From Eledone cirrhosa (lineage: Eukaryota): DNA of 64,000 nt. The notes beneath the pieces were generated by a model. The model worked only from the letters and a program-made list of their open reading frames with translations. It did no database searches and was not told the DNA's origin. Location of the stretch: positions 15,252,001 to 15,316,000 of the forward strand of contig OZ024764.1 of assembly GCA_964016885.1 (NCBI GenBank), read 5' to 3'. The position numbers and the translations under genes are program-made. Positions 1-10,700 of this stretch are shown piece after piece (the first letter of the stretch is position 1; every line of letters begins with the position of its first letter).

Positions 1-1329
1 TGCCAGCATCCCATCATTGCTGCTCCCTCCTCCATCCACGGCCCCAACTTCACTCTGACTCAAAGACAAGGGGCTCATGTTTTTCTTCTCTCCAGAATCC
101 CTATCTTCGTTCCCTGCCTCTGTCAGATCCGAGGACATTAGTCCATCATTTTCCTGTTCCATGGAAATGCCAAACGCCTTCAAGCGCTCCTGGAGAGCCT
201 TGTTCTGGTTTCTGAGGCTCTCACACTCTTCCCTGAGGTCCTGCGATGGGATCTGTTCCTTGAGGTTGCGGATCTCATATTTGTGTTTTTCAATCTCTGC
301 TTTCCGACCTTCCGTAATCTGAATCAACTCGGAGATCCGAGCTTCCAGCGCCTTCTTCTCGCGCTCAAAGTTTGCCAACAGTTCCGCATTGTAGGCCATC
401 ACGTCTGCGGGAGCTGAGGTCCTCTTGCGCACCGCCTTGTCCTTGCTCATGCTCTGCGAGCTGTGGGCCCGCTTCATTGAGGGCGTGTGGGCCGCCTTGT
501 TGTTGGCTCCAGAGTGAAGCCCCGACGACACAGACGCCGACATTATTCCTCCCGCCGTTGTTGCCGTCGACATCAAACCTCCCTTACCGGTCCTGTCGAT
601 GTTCTGTGTGCTCGACGCTTTGCGCATCGTCGAGGGCCCAGACGTGCCAGAGGCGCTGGTGGTGTGGGTCGTCGTTTTCCCACATCTATTAGCCATCGTC
701 GCAGACGATGATGATGTTGCTGGCGTTGTCGACGCTGACACTGATGATGATGTGGGAGCCGAAGGTCCACCCGTCGTGTGCCCAGGTTTAGCATTGTTCT
801 TCTCCTTCTCCTTAAGGACATTCTCTTTATTGCTGCTGCTCCCCCTGTGGCTGGCCCCAGTTCCTCCGCTTCCCCCACTACCAGCCCTGGGCCGGTCGGG
901 GAGCAGCGATAGTTGCTTCTTCTTCTTCTGTTGTGGCTGCTGATGATGATGGTTATTGTGATGTGCGCTGCTGGTGACAGTGGTGGCGTGGGTGGTGAGG
1001 TTCTCATGGCTTTTGCTCAGGTATTGCTTGCCCAGTGGCGCCCCCATCGTTTTTCTCGTTGAGGGTGTTGAGGTTGAGATCGTGCTGAGGCCAGAGTTTT
1101 CAGATTTCGATCTCATAGAAGCTGTTGTTGCTGTTGTTGCTGTTGTTGTTGTTGCTGCTGTTGTTGCTGTTGTTGTTGTTGCTGCTGCTGCTGCTGTTGT
1201 TGCTGCTGTTGTTGCTGCTGCTGCTGTTGTTTCGTTGCTGCTGCTGGTGTTGGCTGACGTCGTGGTTACAGAGGTAGTGTTGCTGTTGGCAACCAGCATC
1301 TTTGCAGGGCACTTCTCTTGTTTCTTCAT
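1..1329 (-). CDS. SPECC1L: Cytospin-A / SPECC1(L)-like protein, N-terminal coding exon (partial; continues past window start)
   Basis: Hand translation shows a stop-free frame from 1350 to 1, with ATG at 1329 (MKKQEKCPAKMLVANS...). It gives a Ser/Thr/Ala-rich disordered region, then ...KRTSAPADVMAYNAELLANFEREKKALEARISELIQITEGRKAEIEKHKYEIRNLKEQIPSQDLREECESLRNQNKALQERLKAFGISMEQ. This resembles, from recall, vertebrate SPECC1L (MKK start; DRAALEAKVKDLL...[41 protein letters not shown]). The exon begins at 1350, so an upstream coding exon cannot be excluded. Family assignment is from memory, not a search. Confidence 0.85.
   Translation of the reverse strand, partial: MKKQEKCPAKMLVANSNTTSVTTTSANTSSSNETTAAAATTAATTAAAAATTTTATTAATTTTATTATTASMRSKSENSGLSTISTSTPSTRKTMGAPLGKQYLSKSHENLTTHATTVTSSAHHNNHHHQQPQQKKKKQLSLLPDRPRAGSGGSGGTGASHRGSSSNKENVLKEKEKNNAKPGHTTGGPSAPTSSSVSASTTPATSSSSATMANRCGKTTTHTTSASGTSGPSTMRKASSTQNIDRTGKGGLMSTATTAGGIMSASVSSGLHSGANNKAAHTPSMKRAHSSQSMSKDKAVRKRTSAPADVMAYNAELLANFEREKKALEARISELIQITEGRKAEIEKHKYEIRNLKEQIPSQDLREECESLRNQNKALQERLKAFGISMEQENDGLMSSDLTEAGNEDRDSGEKKNMSPLSLSQSEVGAVDGGGSSNDGMLA
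1121..1232 (-). repeat. Coding (ACA/GCA)n trinucleotide repeat encoding poly-Thr/Ala
   Basis: Plus strand is (gct/gtt)n. In the open minus frame it reads TTAAAATTAATTAAAAATTTTATTAATTTTATTATTA. Confidence 0.85.
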
Positions 1330-1350
1330 AGCAAACTTTGGAACAATTTT

Positions 1351-1372
1351 CTAGAGAGAAAAAGACAAATGT
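1351..1372 (-). promoter_or_regulatory. 3' splice acceptor (polypyrimidine tract + AG) of the SPECC1L-like exon
   Basis: Minus strand reads ...acatttgtctttttctctctAG|AAAATTGTTCCA. The TAG is also the in-frame stop that bounds the ORF, and base composition switches from coding-like to AT/repeat-rich at this point. Confidence 0.8.
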
Positions 1373-1439
1373 ATTATTTCATAAACAAACCCTTTAAAAA
1401 AAAAAAAAAAGAGATTTAATGAATAAAAGCAATACGAGA

Positions 1440-1545
1440 ACACCGCCACCCACACCCACACCACCACCCACACCGCCACACACACCACCACCCACACCGC
1501 CACCCACCCCACCACCCACACCGCCACCCACACCACCACACACAT
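1440..1545. repeat. CAC/CCA-rich low-complexity repeat (~12-bp period)
   Basis: caccgccacccacaccaccacccacacc... read directly. Confidence 0.9.
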
Positions 1546-1703
1546 AATATCTCACACAATATTGAATCTATGAGATTTTGATGTTATTTATTTTGAGAAC
1601 AATACCTAAACATCAGTATGAGTGGCCAGTTACAGCCAGTTTGAACAAAAAGAGGTGAGAGAATACTGACCGGATATAGCCGGTTTAAACACTAAGGGGT
1701 TAA
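1546..1703 (-). mobile_element. Terminal fragment of a TTAA-type (piggyBac-like) non-autonomous DNA transposon/MITE
   Basis: Minus strand starts TTAA|CCCCTTAGTGTTTAAACCGGCTATATCCGGTC. TTAA followed by CCC is the piggyBac terminus signature, and the sequence resembles an abundant octopus repeat I recall (TTAACCCTTTAGCATTTAAACCGGCCATATCCGG...). The partner TIR was not seen. Confidence 0.5.
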
Positions 1704-1734
1704 AGAATGAAAACCAAACCATAGTTTAAGAAAT

Positions 1735-1816
1735 AAAACCCATTAAAAACACAATTTAATGAATGGAAAAGCCATTAAAATACAATTTAATGAATGGAAA
1801 ACCCATTAAAATGCAA
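1735..1816. repeat. ~31-bp AT-rich tandem repeat, ~2.6 copies
   Basis: aaaa(c/g)ccattaaaa(t)acaatttaatgaatgg repeated; contains a cattaaa...tttaatg dyad. Confidence 0.8.
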
Positions 1817-1962
1817 TCTATATATATAAAGTTGTAGTTCCTGTCTGTTTGTTCACGAACTCCTCCTATGGTGTGGGAGATAGACCCCTATAAACATATA
1901 TAGACTGAAACTACATTGACCAGGGTACTGGGATAAGTATATTTCATTTTAATCAAAGGGTT
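1817..1962 (+). mobile_element. Helitron-like non-autonomous element, 5' fragment (copy 1)
   Basis: Starts A|TCTATATATATAAAGTTGTAGTTCCTGTCTGTTTGTTCAC: a 5' TC after A followed by a (GTTT/GTCT) microsatellite, typical of non-autonomous Helitrons. Clearly homologous to 62716-62878. Truncated by the GTG repeat. Confidence 0.6.
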
Positions 1963-3009
1963 GGTGTCAATGGTGGTGGTGGTGGTGTCAGTGTTAGTGG
2001 TGGTAGTGTCAGTGGTGGTGGTGGTGTGTCGGTGGTGGTGGTGGTGGTGTGTTAGTGGTGGTAGTGTCAATAGTAGTGGAGTGTCTGAGGTGGTAGTGGT
2101 GTGTCAGAGGTAGTGGTGGTGGTGGTAGTGGTGGTGTGTCAGTGGTGGTGTGTCAGTGGTGGTAGTGGTGGTGGTGGGTCAGTGGTGGTAGTGTCAATAG
2201 TAGTGGTGTGTCAGTGGTGGTGTGTCAGTAGTGGTGGTGTGTCAGTAGTGGTGGTGTGTCAGTGGTGGTATGTCAGTAGTGGTGGTGTGTCAGTGGTGGT
2301 GGTGGGTCAGTGGTGGTAGTGTCAGTGGTGGTGTGTCAGTGGTGGTGTGTCAGTAGTGGTGGTATGTCAGTAGTGGTGGTGTGTCAGTGGTGGTGGTGGG
2401 TCAGTGGTGGTAGTGTCAGTGGTGGTGTGTCAGTGGTGGTGTGTCAGTAGTGGTGGTGTGTCAGTGGTGGTGGTGGGTCAGTGGTGGTGGTGGGTCAGTG
2501 GTGGTGGTGGGTCAGTGGTGGTAGTGTCAGTGGTGGTGTGTCAGTGGTGGTGTGTCAGTAGTGGTGGTGTGTCAGTAGTGGTGGTGTGTCAGTGGTGGTG
2601 GTGGGTCAGTGGTGGTAGTGTCAATAGTAGTGGTGTGTCAGTGGTGGTGTGTCAGTAGTGGTGGTGTGTCAGTGGTGGTGTGTCAGTGGTGGTGTGTCAG
2701 TAGTGGTGGTGTGTCAGTGGTGGTGTGTCAGTAGTGGTGTGTCAGTAGTGGTGGTGTGTCAGTGGTGGTGGTGGGTCAGTGGTGGTGTGTCAGTAGTGGT
2801 GGTGTGTCAGTGGTGGTGTGTCAGTGGTGGTGTGTCAGTAGTGGTGGTGTGTCAGTGGTGGTGTGTCAGTAGTGGTGTGTCAGTAGTGGTGGTGTGTCAG
2901 TGGTGGTGGTGGGTCAGTGGTGGTGTGTCAGTAGTGGTGGTGTGTCAGTGGTGGTGGTGGTGTGTTGTGGTGCTGTGTCAGTGGTGGTGGTGGTGTGTTG
3001 TGGTGGTGT
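1963..3009. repeat. Degenerate (GTG)n-GTCA minisatellite (14/17-bp units, e.g. gtggtggtgtgtca)
   Basis: Read directly; source of the spurious V/W/C-rich ORFs. Confidence 0.95.
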
Positions 3010-3080
3010 AATGGTCTAATTACACACAACATTAGAACTGAAGAATGACAGGAATTTGACAAATTGAAATCACCATTTCA

Positions 3081-3648
3081 CACCCACATACACATACATA
3101 CACACACATATACACATACATACACACACATATACACACAGTGGTGGCTGGCCCCTCCTTTATACACATACACATTCATACATACACACACATACACATA
3201 TACACACATATACACACATACACATACATACACACATATACACACATACACACATATACACACATACACATACATACACACACACAATACACACAGTGGT
3301 GGCTGGCCCCTCCTTTACACACATACACATACATACACACATATACACACATACATACACACACACATACACATACATACACACATACACACACATACAT
3401 ACACGCATATACACACATATACACACATACATACACACACATATACACACAGTGGTGGCTGGCCCCTCCTTTATACATATACACATTCATACACACATAT
3501 ACACACATATACACACATACATACACACACATACATACACACATACACACACATACATACACACATACACATACATACACACACATACATACACACATAC
3601 ACATACACACATACATACATACACACACACATACACACACACACAGAC
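3081..3648. repeat. (CA/CATA) microsatellite containing three copies of a ~25-bp core cagtggtggctggcccctcctttat/ac
   Basis: Cores at 3141, 3296 and 3452 (155-156-bp period). Confidence 0.95.
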
Positions 3649-3701
3649 AGATACTCCTACATAAATTTTCCTTACTTAGATGAAGTACTTGTGACCTGAG
3701 T

Positions 3702-4605
3702 GAGGTCAGGTGAGGTCAGTAGTGATGGTGGGAGGTCAGTAGTGATGGTGGGAGGTCAGTAGTGATGGTGGGAGATCAGTAGAGATGGTGGGAGGTCAGT
3801 AGTGATGGTGGGAGGTCAGTAATGATGGTGGGAGGTCAGTAGTGATGGCTGACATGAGGGTGGGAGGTCAGTAGTGATGGTGGGAGGTCAGTAGTGATGG
3901 TGGGAGGTCAGTAGTGATGGCTGACCTGTGAGGGTGGGAGGTCAGTAGTGATGGTGGGAGGTCAGTAGAGATGGCTGACCTGAGAGGGTGGGAGGTCAGT
4001 AGTGATGGTGGGAGGTCAGTAGAGATGGTGGGAGGTCAGTAGTGATGGTGGGAGGTCAGTAGTGATGGTGGGAGGTCAGTAGTGATGGCTGACCTGAGAG
4101 GGTGGGAGGTCAGTAGTGATGGTGGGAGGTCAGTAGAGATGGTGGGAGGTCAGTAGTGATGGTGGGAGGTAAGTAGAGATGGTGGGAGGTCAGTAGTGAT
4201 GGCTGACATGAGGGTGGGAGGTCAGTAGTGATGGTGGGAGGTCAGTAGAGATGGTGGGAGGTCAGTAGTGATGGCTGACATGAGGGTGGGAGGTCAGTAG
4301 TGATGGTGGGAGGTCAGTAGAGATGGTGGGAGGTCAGTAGTGATGGTGGGAGGTCAGTAGTGATGGTGGGAGGTCAGTAGTGATGGTGGGAGGTCAGTAG
4401 TGATGGTGGGAGGTCAGTAGAGATGGTGGGAGGTCAGTAGAGATGGCTGACCTGAGGGTGGGAGGTCAGTAGTGATGGTGGGAGGTCAGTAGAGAGGGTG
4501 GGAGGTCAGTAGTGATGGTGGGAGGTCAGTAGTGATGGTGGGAGGTCAGTAGAGATGGCTGACCTGAGAGGGTGGGAGGTCAGTAGTGATGGGCTGACGT
4601 GAGAG
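3702..4605. repeat. 20-bp minisatellite (ggtgggaggtcagtag[t/a]gat)n with occasional ggctgac[a/c]tgag(ag) inserts
   Basis: 20-bp periodicity is obvious from 3714; roughly 40 units. Confidence 0.95.
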
Positions 4606-4726
4606 GGGAGGGGCAATTACTATAAATCTCCTCAATTTGGGCACCCCCCACCCCCCGCATTAACCCATGGGTCACAACTTTCAAGTGTTTCAGGGTATGA
4701 CAATATCTGGACTGGGTAACGAGGGA

Positions 4727-7700
4727 CAGTATTAACACAGACAGGGGTCTCTAGGGGCTGTATTAACACATACAGGGGTCTCTAGGGGCTGTATTAACAC
4801 AGACAGGGTCTCTAGAGGCTGTATTAACACAGACAGGGGTCTGTAGAGGCTGTATTAACACATACAGGGGTCTCTAGAGACTATATTAACACATACAGGG
4901 GTCTCTAGAGGCTGTATTAACACATACGGGGGTCTCTAGAGGCTGTATTAACATAGACAGGGGTCTCTAGGGGCTGTATTAACACATACAGGGGTCTCTA
5001 GAGGCTGTATTAACACAAACAGGGTCTCTAGAGGCTGTATTAACACAGACAGGGGTCTGTAGAGGCTGTATTAACACATACAGGGGTCTCTAGAGGCTGT
5101 ATTAACACAGACAGGGGTCTGTAGAGGCTGTATTAACACAGACAGGGGTCTCTAGGGGCTGTATTAACACATACAGGGCTCTCTAGAGGCTGTATTAACA
5201 CAGACAGGGGTCTCTAGAGGCTGTATTAACACAGACAGGGGTCTCTAGGGGCTGTATTAACACATACAGGGGTCTCTAGAGGCTGTATTAACACAGACAG
5301 GGTCTCTAGAGGCTGTATTAACACAGACAGGGGTCTGTAGAGGCTGTATTAACACATACAGGGGTCTCTAGAGGCTGTATTAACACAGACAGGGGTCTGT
5401 AGAGGCTGTATTAACACATACAGGGGTCTCTAGGGGCTGTATTAACACATACAGGGCTCTCTAGAGGCTGTATTAACACAGACAGGGGTCTCTAGAGGCT
5501 GTATTAACACAGACAGGGGTCTCTAGGGGCTGTATTAACACATACAGGGGTCTCTAGAGGCTGTATTAACACAGACAGGGTCTCTAGAGGCTGTATTAAC
5601 ACAGACAGGGGTCTGTAGAGGCTGTATTAACACATACAGGGGTCTCTAGAGGCTGTATTAACACAGACAGGGGTCTGTAGAGGCTGTATTAACACAGACA
5701 GGGGTCTCTAGGGGCTGTATTAACACATACAGGGCTCTCTAGAGGCTGTATTAACACAGACAGGGGTCTCTAGAGGCTGTATTAACACAGACAGGGGTCT
5801 CTAGAGGCTGTATTAACACAGACAGGGTCTCTAGAGGCTGTATTAACACAGGCAGGGGTCTGTAGAGGCTGTATTAACACAGACAGGGGTCTCTAGAGGC
5901 TGTATTAACACAGACAGGGGTCTCTAGAGACTGTATTAACACAGACAGGGGTCTCTAGAGACTGTATTAACACAGACAGGGGTCTCTAGAGGCTGTATTA
6001 ACACAGACAGGGGTCTCTAGAGGCTGTATTAACATATACCGGGGTCTCTAGAGGCTGTATTAACACATACAGGGGTCTCTAGAGGCTGTATTAACACAGA
6101 CAGGGGTCTCTAGAGGTTGTATTAACACATACAGGGGTCTCTAGAGGCTGTATTAACACAGACAGGGGTCTCTAGAGGCGGTATTAACATATACCGGGGT
6201 CTCTAGAGGCTGTATTAACACAGACAGGGGTCTCTAGAGGCTGTATTAACACATACAGGGGTCTCTAGAGGCTGTATTAACACAGACAGGGGTCTCTAGA
6301 GGCTGTATTAACACAGACAGGGGTCTCTAGAGGCTGTATTAACACAGACAGGGGTCTCTAGAGGCTGTATTAACAAACAGGGGTCTCTAGAGATTGTATT
6401 AACACAGACAGGGGTCTCTAGAGGCTGTATTAACACAGACAGGGGTCTCTAGAGGCTGTATTAACACAGACAGGGGTCTCTAGAGGCTGTATTAACACAG
6501 ACAGGGGTCTCTAGAGGCTGTATTAACACAGACAGGGGTCTCTAGAGGCTGTATTAACACAGACAGGGGTCTCTAGAGGCTGTATTAACACAGACAGGGG
6601 TCTCTAGAGACTGTATTAACACAGACAGGGGTCTCTAGAGGCTGTATTAACACAGACAGGGGTCTCTAGAGGCTGTATTAACATATACCGGGGTCTCTAG
6701 AGGCTGTATTAACACATACAGGGGTCTCTATGGGCTGTATTAACACAGACAGGGGTCTCTAGAGGCTGTATTAACACATACATGGGTCTCTAGAGGCTGT
6801 ATTAACATAGACAGGAGTCTCTAGAGGCTGTATTAACACAGACAGGAGTCTCTAGAGGCTGTATTAACACAGACAGGGGTCTCTAGAGGCTGTATTAACA
6901 TATACTGGGGTCTCTAGAGGCTGTATTAACACATACAGGGGTCTCTAGAGGCTGTATTAACACAGACAGGGGTCTCTAGAGGCTGTATTAACACATACAG
7001 GGGTCTCTAGAGGCTGTATTAACACAGACAGGGGTCTCTAGAGGCGGTATTAACATATACCGGGGTCTCTAGAGGCTGTATTAACACAGACAGGGGTCTC
7101 TAGAGGCTGTATTAACACATACAGGGGTCTCTAGAGGCTGTATTAACACAGACAGGGGTCTCTAGAGGCTGTTTTAACACAGACAGGGGTCTCTAGAGGC
7201 TGTATTAACACAGACAGGGGTCTCTAGAGGCTGTATTAACACAGACAGGGGTCTCTAGAGGCTGTATTAACAGACAGGGATCTATAGAGACTGTATTAAC
7301 ACAGACAGGGGTCTCTAGAGGCTGTATTAACACAGACAGGGGTCTCTAGAGGCTGTATTAACACAGACAGGGGTCTCTAGAGGCTGTATTAACACAGACA
7401 GGGGTCTCTAGAGGCTGTATTAACACAGACAGGGGTCTCTAGAGGCTGTATTAACACAGACAGGGGTCTCTAGAGGCTGTATTAACACAGACAGGGGTCT
7501 CTAGAGACTGTATTAACACAGACAGGGGTCTCTAGAGGCTGTATTAACACAGACAGGGGTCTCTAGAGGCTGTATTAACATATACCGGGGTCTCTAGAGG
7601 CTGTATTAACACATACAGGGGTCTCTATGGGCTGTATTAACACAGACAGGGGTCTCTAGAGGCTGTATTAACACATACAGGGGTCTCTAGAGGCTGTATT

Positions 7701-10700
7701 AACATAGACAGGAGTCTCTAGAGGCTGTATTAACACAGACAGGAGTCTCTAGAGGCTGTATTAACACAGACAGGGGTCTCTAGAGGCTGTATTAACACAT
7801 ACAGGGGTCTCTAGAGGCTGTATTAACACAGACAGGGGTCTCTAGGGGCTGTATTAACACATACAGGGGTCTCTAGAGGCTGTATAAACACAGACAGGGT
7901 CTCTAGAGGCTGTATTAACACAGACAGGGGTCTGTAGAGGCTGTATTAACACATACAGGGGTCTCTAGAGGCTGTATTAACACAGACAGGGGTCTGTAGA
8001 GGCTGTATTAACACAGACAGGGGTCTCTAGGGGCTGTATTAACACATACAGGGCTCTCTAGAGGCTGTATTAACACAGACAGGGGTCTCTAGAGGCTGTA
8101 TTAACACAGACAGGGGTCTCTAGAGGCTGTATTAACACAGACAGGGGTCTCTAGAGGCTGTATTAACACAGACAGGGTCTCTAGAGGCTGTATTAACACA
8201 GACAGGGGTCTGTAGAGGCTGTATTAACACAGACAGGGATCTCTAGAGGCTGTATTAACACAGACAGGGGTCTCTAGAGACTGTATTAACACAGACAGGG
8301 GTCTCTAGAGACTGTATTAACACAGACAGGGGTCTCTAGAGGCTGTATTAACACAGACAGGGGTCTCTAGAGGCTGTATTAACATATACCGGGGTCTCTA
8401 GAGGCTGTATTAACACATACAGGGGTCTCTAGAGGCTGTATTAACACAGACAGGGGTCTCTAGAGGTTGTATTAACACATACAGGGGTCTCTAGAGGCTG
8501 TATTAACACAGACAGGGGTCTCTAGAGGCGGTATTAACATATACCGGGGTCTCTAGAGGCTGTATTAACACAGACAGGGGTCTCTAGAGGCTGTATTAAC
8601 ACATACAGGGGTCTCTAGAGGCTGTATTAACACAGACAGGGGTCTCTAGAGGCTGTATTAACACAGACAGGGGTCTCTAGAGGCTGTATTAACACAGACA
8701 GGGGTCTCTAGAGGCTGTATTAACAAACAGGGGTCTCTAGAGATTGTATTAACACAGACAGGGGTCTCTAGAGGCTGTATTAACACAGACAGGGGTCTCT
8801 AGAGGCTGTATTAACACAGACAGGGGTCTCTAGAGGCTGTATTAACACAGACAGGGGTCTCTAGAGGCTGTATTAACACAGACAGGGGTCTCTAGAGGCT
8901 GTATTAACACAGACAGGGGTCTCTAGAGGCTGTATTAACACAGACAGGGGTCTCTAGAGACTGTATTAACACAGACAGGGGTCTCTAGAGGCTGTATTAA
9001 CACAGACAGGGGTCTCTAGAGGCTGTATTAACATATACCGGGGTCTCTAGAGGCTGTATTAACACATACAGGGGTCTCTATGGGCTGTATTAACACAGAC
9101 AGGGGTCTCTAGAGGCTGTATTAACACATACATGGGTCTCTAGAGGCTGTATTAACATAGACAGGAGTCTCTAGAGGCTGTATTAACACAGACAGGAGTC
9201 TCTAGAGGCTGTATTAACACAGACAGGGGTCTCTAGAGGCTGTATTAACACATACAGGGGTCTCTAGAGGCTGTATTAACATAGACAGGGGTCTCTAGAG
9301 GCTGTATTAACACAGACAGGGCTCTCTAGAGGCTGTATTAACATAGACAGGAGTCTCTAGAGGCTGTATTAACACAGACAGGAGTCTCTAGAGGCTGTAT
9401 TAACACAGACAGGGGTCTCTAGAGGCTGTATTAACATATACCGGGGTCTCTAGAGGCTGTATTAACACATACAGGGGTCTCTAGAGGCTGTATTAACACA
9501 GACAGGGGTCTCTAGAGGCTGTATTAACACAGACAGGGGTCTCTAGAGGCTGTATTAACACAGATAGGGGTCTCTAGAGGCGGTATTAACATATACCGGG
9601 GTCTCTAGAGGCTGTATTAACACAGACAGGGGTCTCTAGAGGCTGTATTAACACATACAGGGGTCTTTAGAGGCTGTATTAACACAGACAGGGGTCTCTA
9701 GAGGCTGTTTTAACACAGACAGGGGTCTCTAGAGGCTGTATTAACACAGACAGGGGTCTCTAGAGGCTGTATTAACACAGACAGGGGTCTCTAGAGGCTG
9801 TATTAACAGACAGGGGTCTCTAGAGACTGTATTAACACAGACAGGGGTCTCTAGAGGCTGTATTAACACAGACAGGGGTCTCTAGAGGCTGTATTAACAC
9901 AGACAGGGGTCTCTAGAGGCTGTATTAACACAGACAGGGGTCTCTAGAGGCTGTATTAACACAGACAGGGGTCTCTAGAGGCTGTATTAACACAGACAGG
10001 GGTCTCTAGAGACTGTATTAACACAGACAGGGGTCTCTAGAGGCTGTATTAACACAGACAGGGGTCTCTAGAGGCTGTATTAACATATACCGGGGTCTCT
10101 AGAGGCTGTATTAACACATACAGGGGTCTCTATGGGCTGTATTAACACAGACAGGGGTCTCTAGAGGCTGTATTAACACATACAGGGGTCTCTAGAGGCT
10201 GTATTAACATAGACAGGAGTCTCTAGAGGCTGTATTAACACAGACAGGGGTCTCTAGAGGCTGTATTAACACATACAGGGGTCTCTAGAGGCTGTATTAA
10301 CACAGACAGGGGTCTCTAGAGGCTGTATTAACACAGACAGGGGTCTCTAGAGGCTGTATTAACATAGACAGGAGTCTCTAGAGGCTGTATTAACACAGAC
10401 AGGAGTCTCTAGAGGCTGTATTAACACAGACAGGGGTCTCTAGAGGCTGTATTAACAGACAGGGGTCTCTAGAGACTGTATTAACACAGACAGGGGTCTC
10501 TAGAGGCTGTATTAACACAGACAGGAGTCTCTAGAGGCTGTATTAACACAGACAGGGGTCTCTAGAGGCTGTATTAACAGACAGGGGTCTCTAGAGACTG
10601 TATTAACACAGACAGGGGTCTCTAGAGGCTGTATTAACACAGACAGGAGTCTCTAGAGGCTGTATTAACACAGACAGGGGTCTCTAGAGGCTGTATTAAC

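Noticed and set aside
77-1354. ORF-track ORFs at 77-322, 372-692, 487-711, 573-1007, 599-943, 974-1354 and 1100-1312
   Set aside because: They are antisense or off-frame shadows of the real minus-strand frame 1350-1.
1351-3699. V/W/C- and H/T/Y-rich ORFs
   Set aside because: Translations of GTG and CA/CATA microsatellites.
3665-3700. Possible minus-strand splice donor (AA|GTAAGG) for the upstream exon
   Set aside because: Only ~25 bp of unique sequence precede it before the minisatellite, with no acceptor or promoter support. It cannot be excluded without RNA data.
4621-4627. TATAAAT box ~100 bp before the satellite
   Set aside because: An isolated 7-mer with no other promoter evidence.
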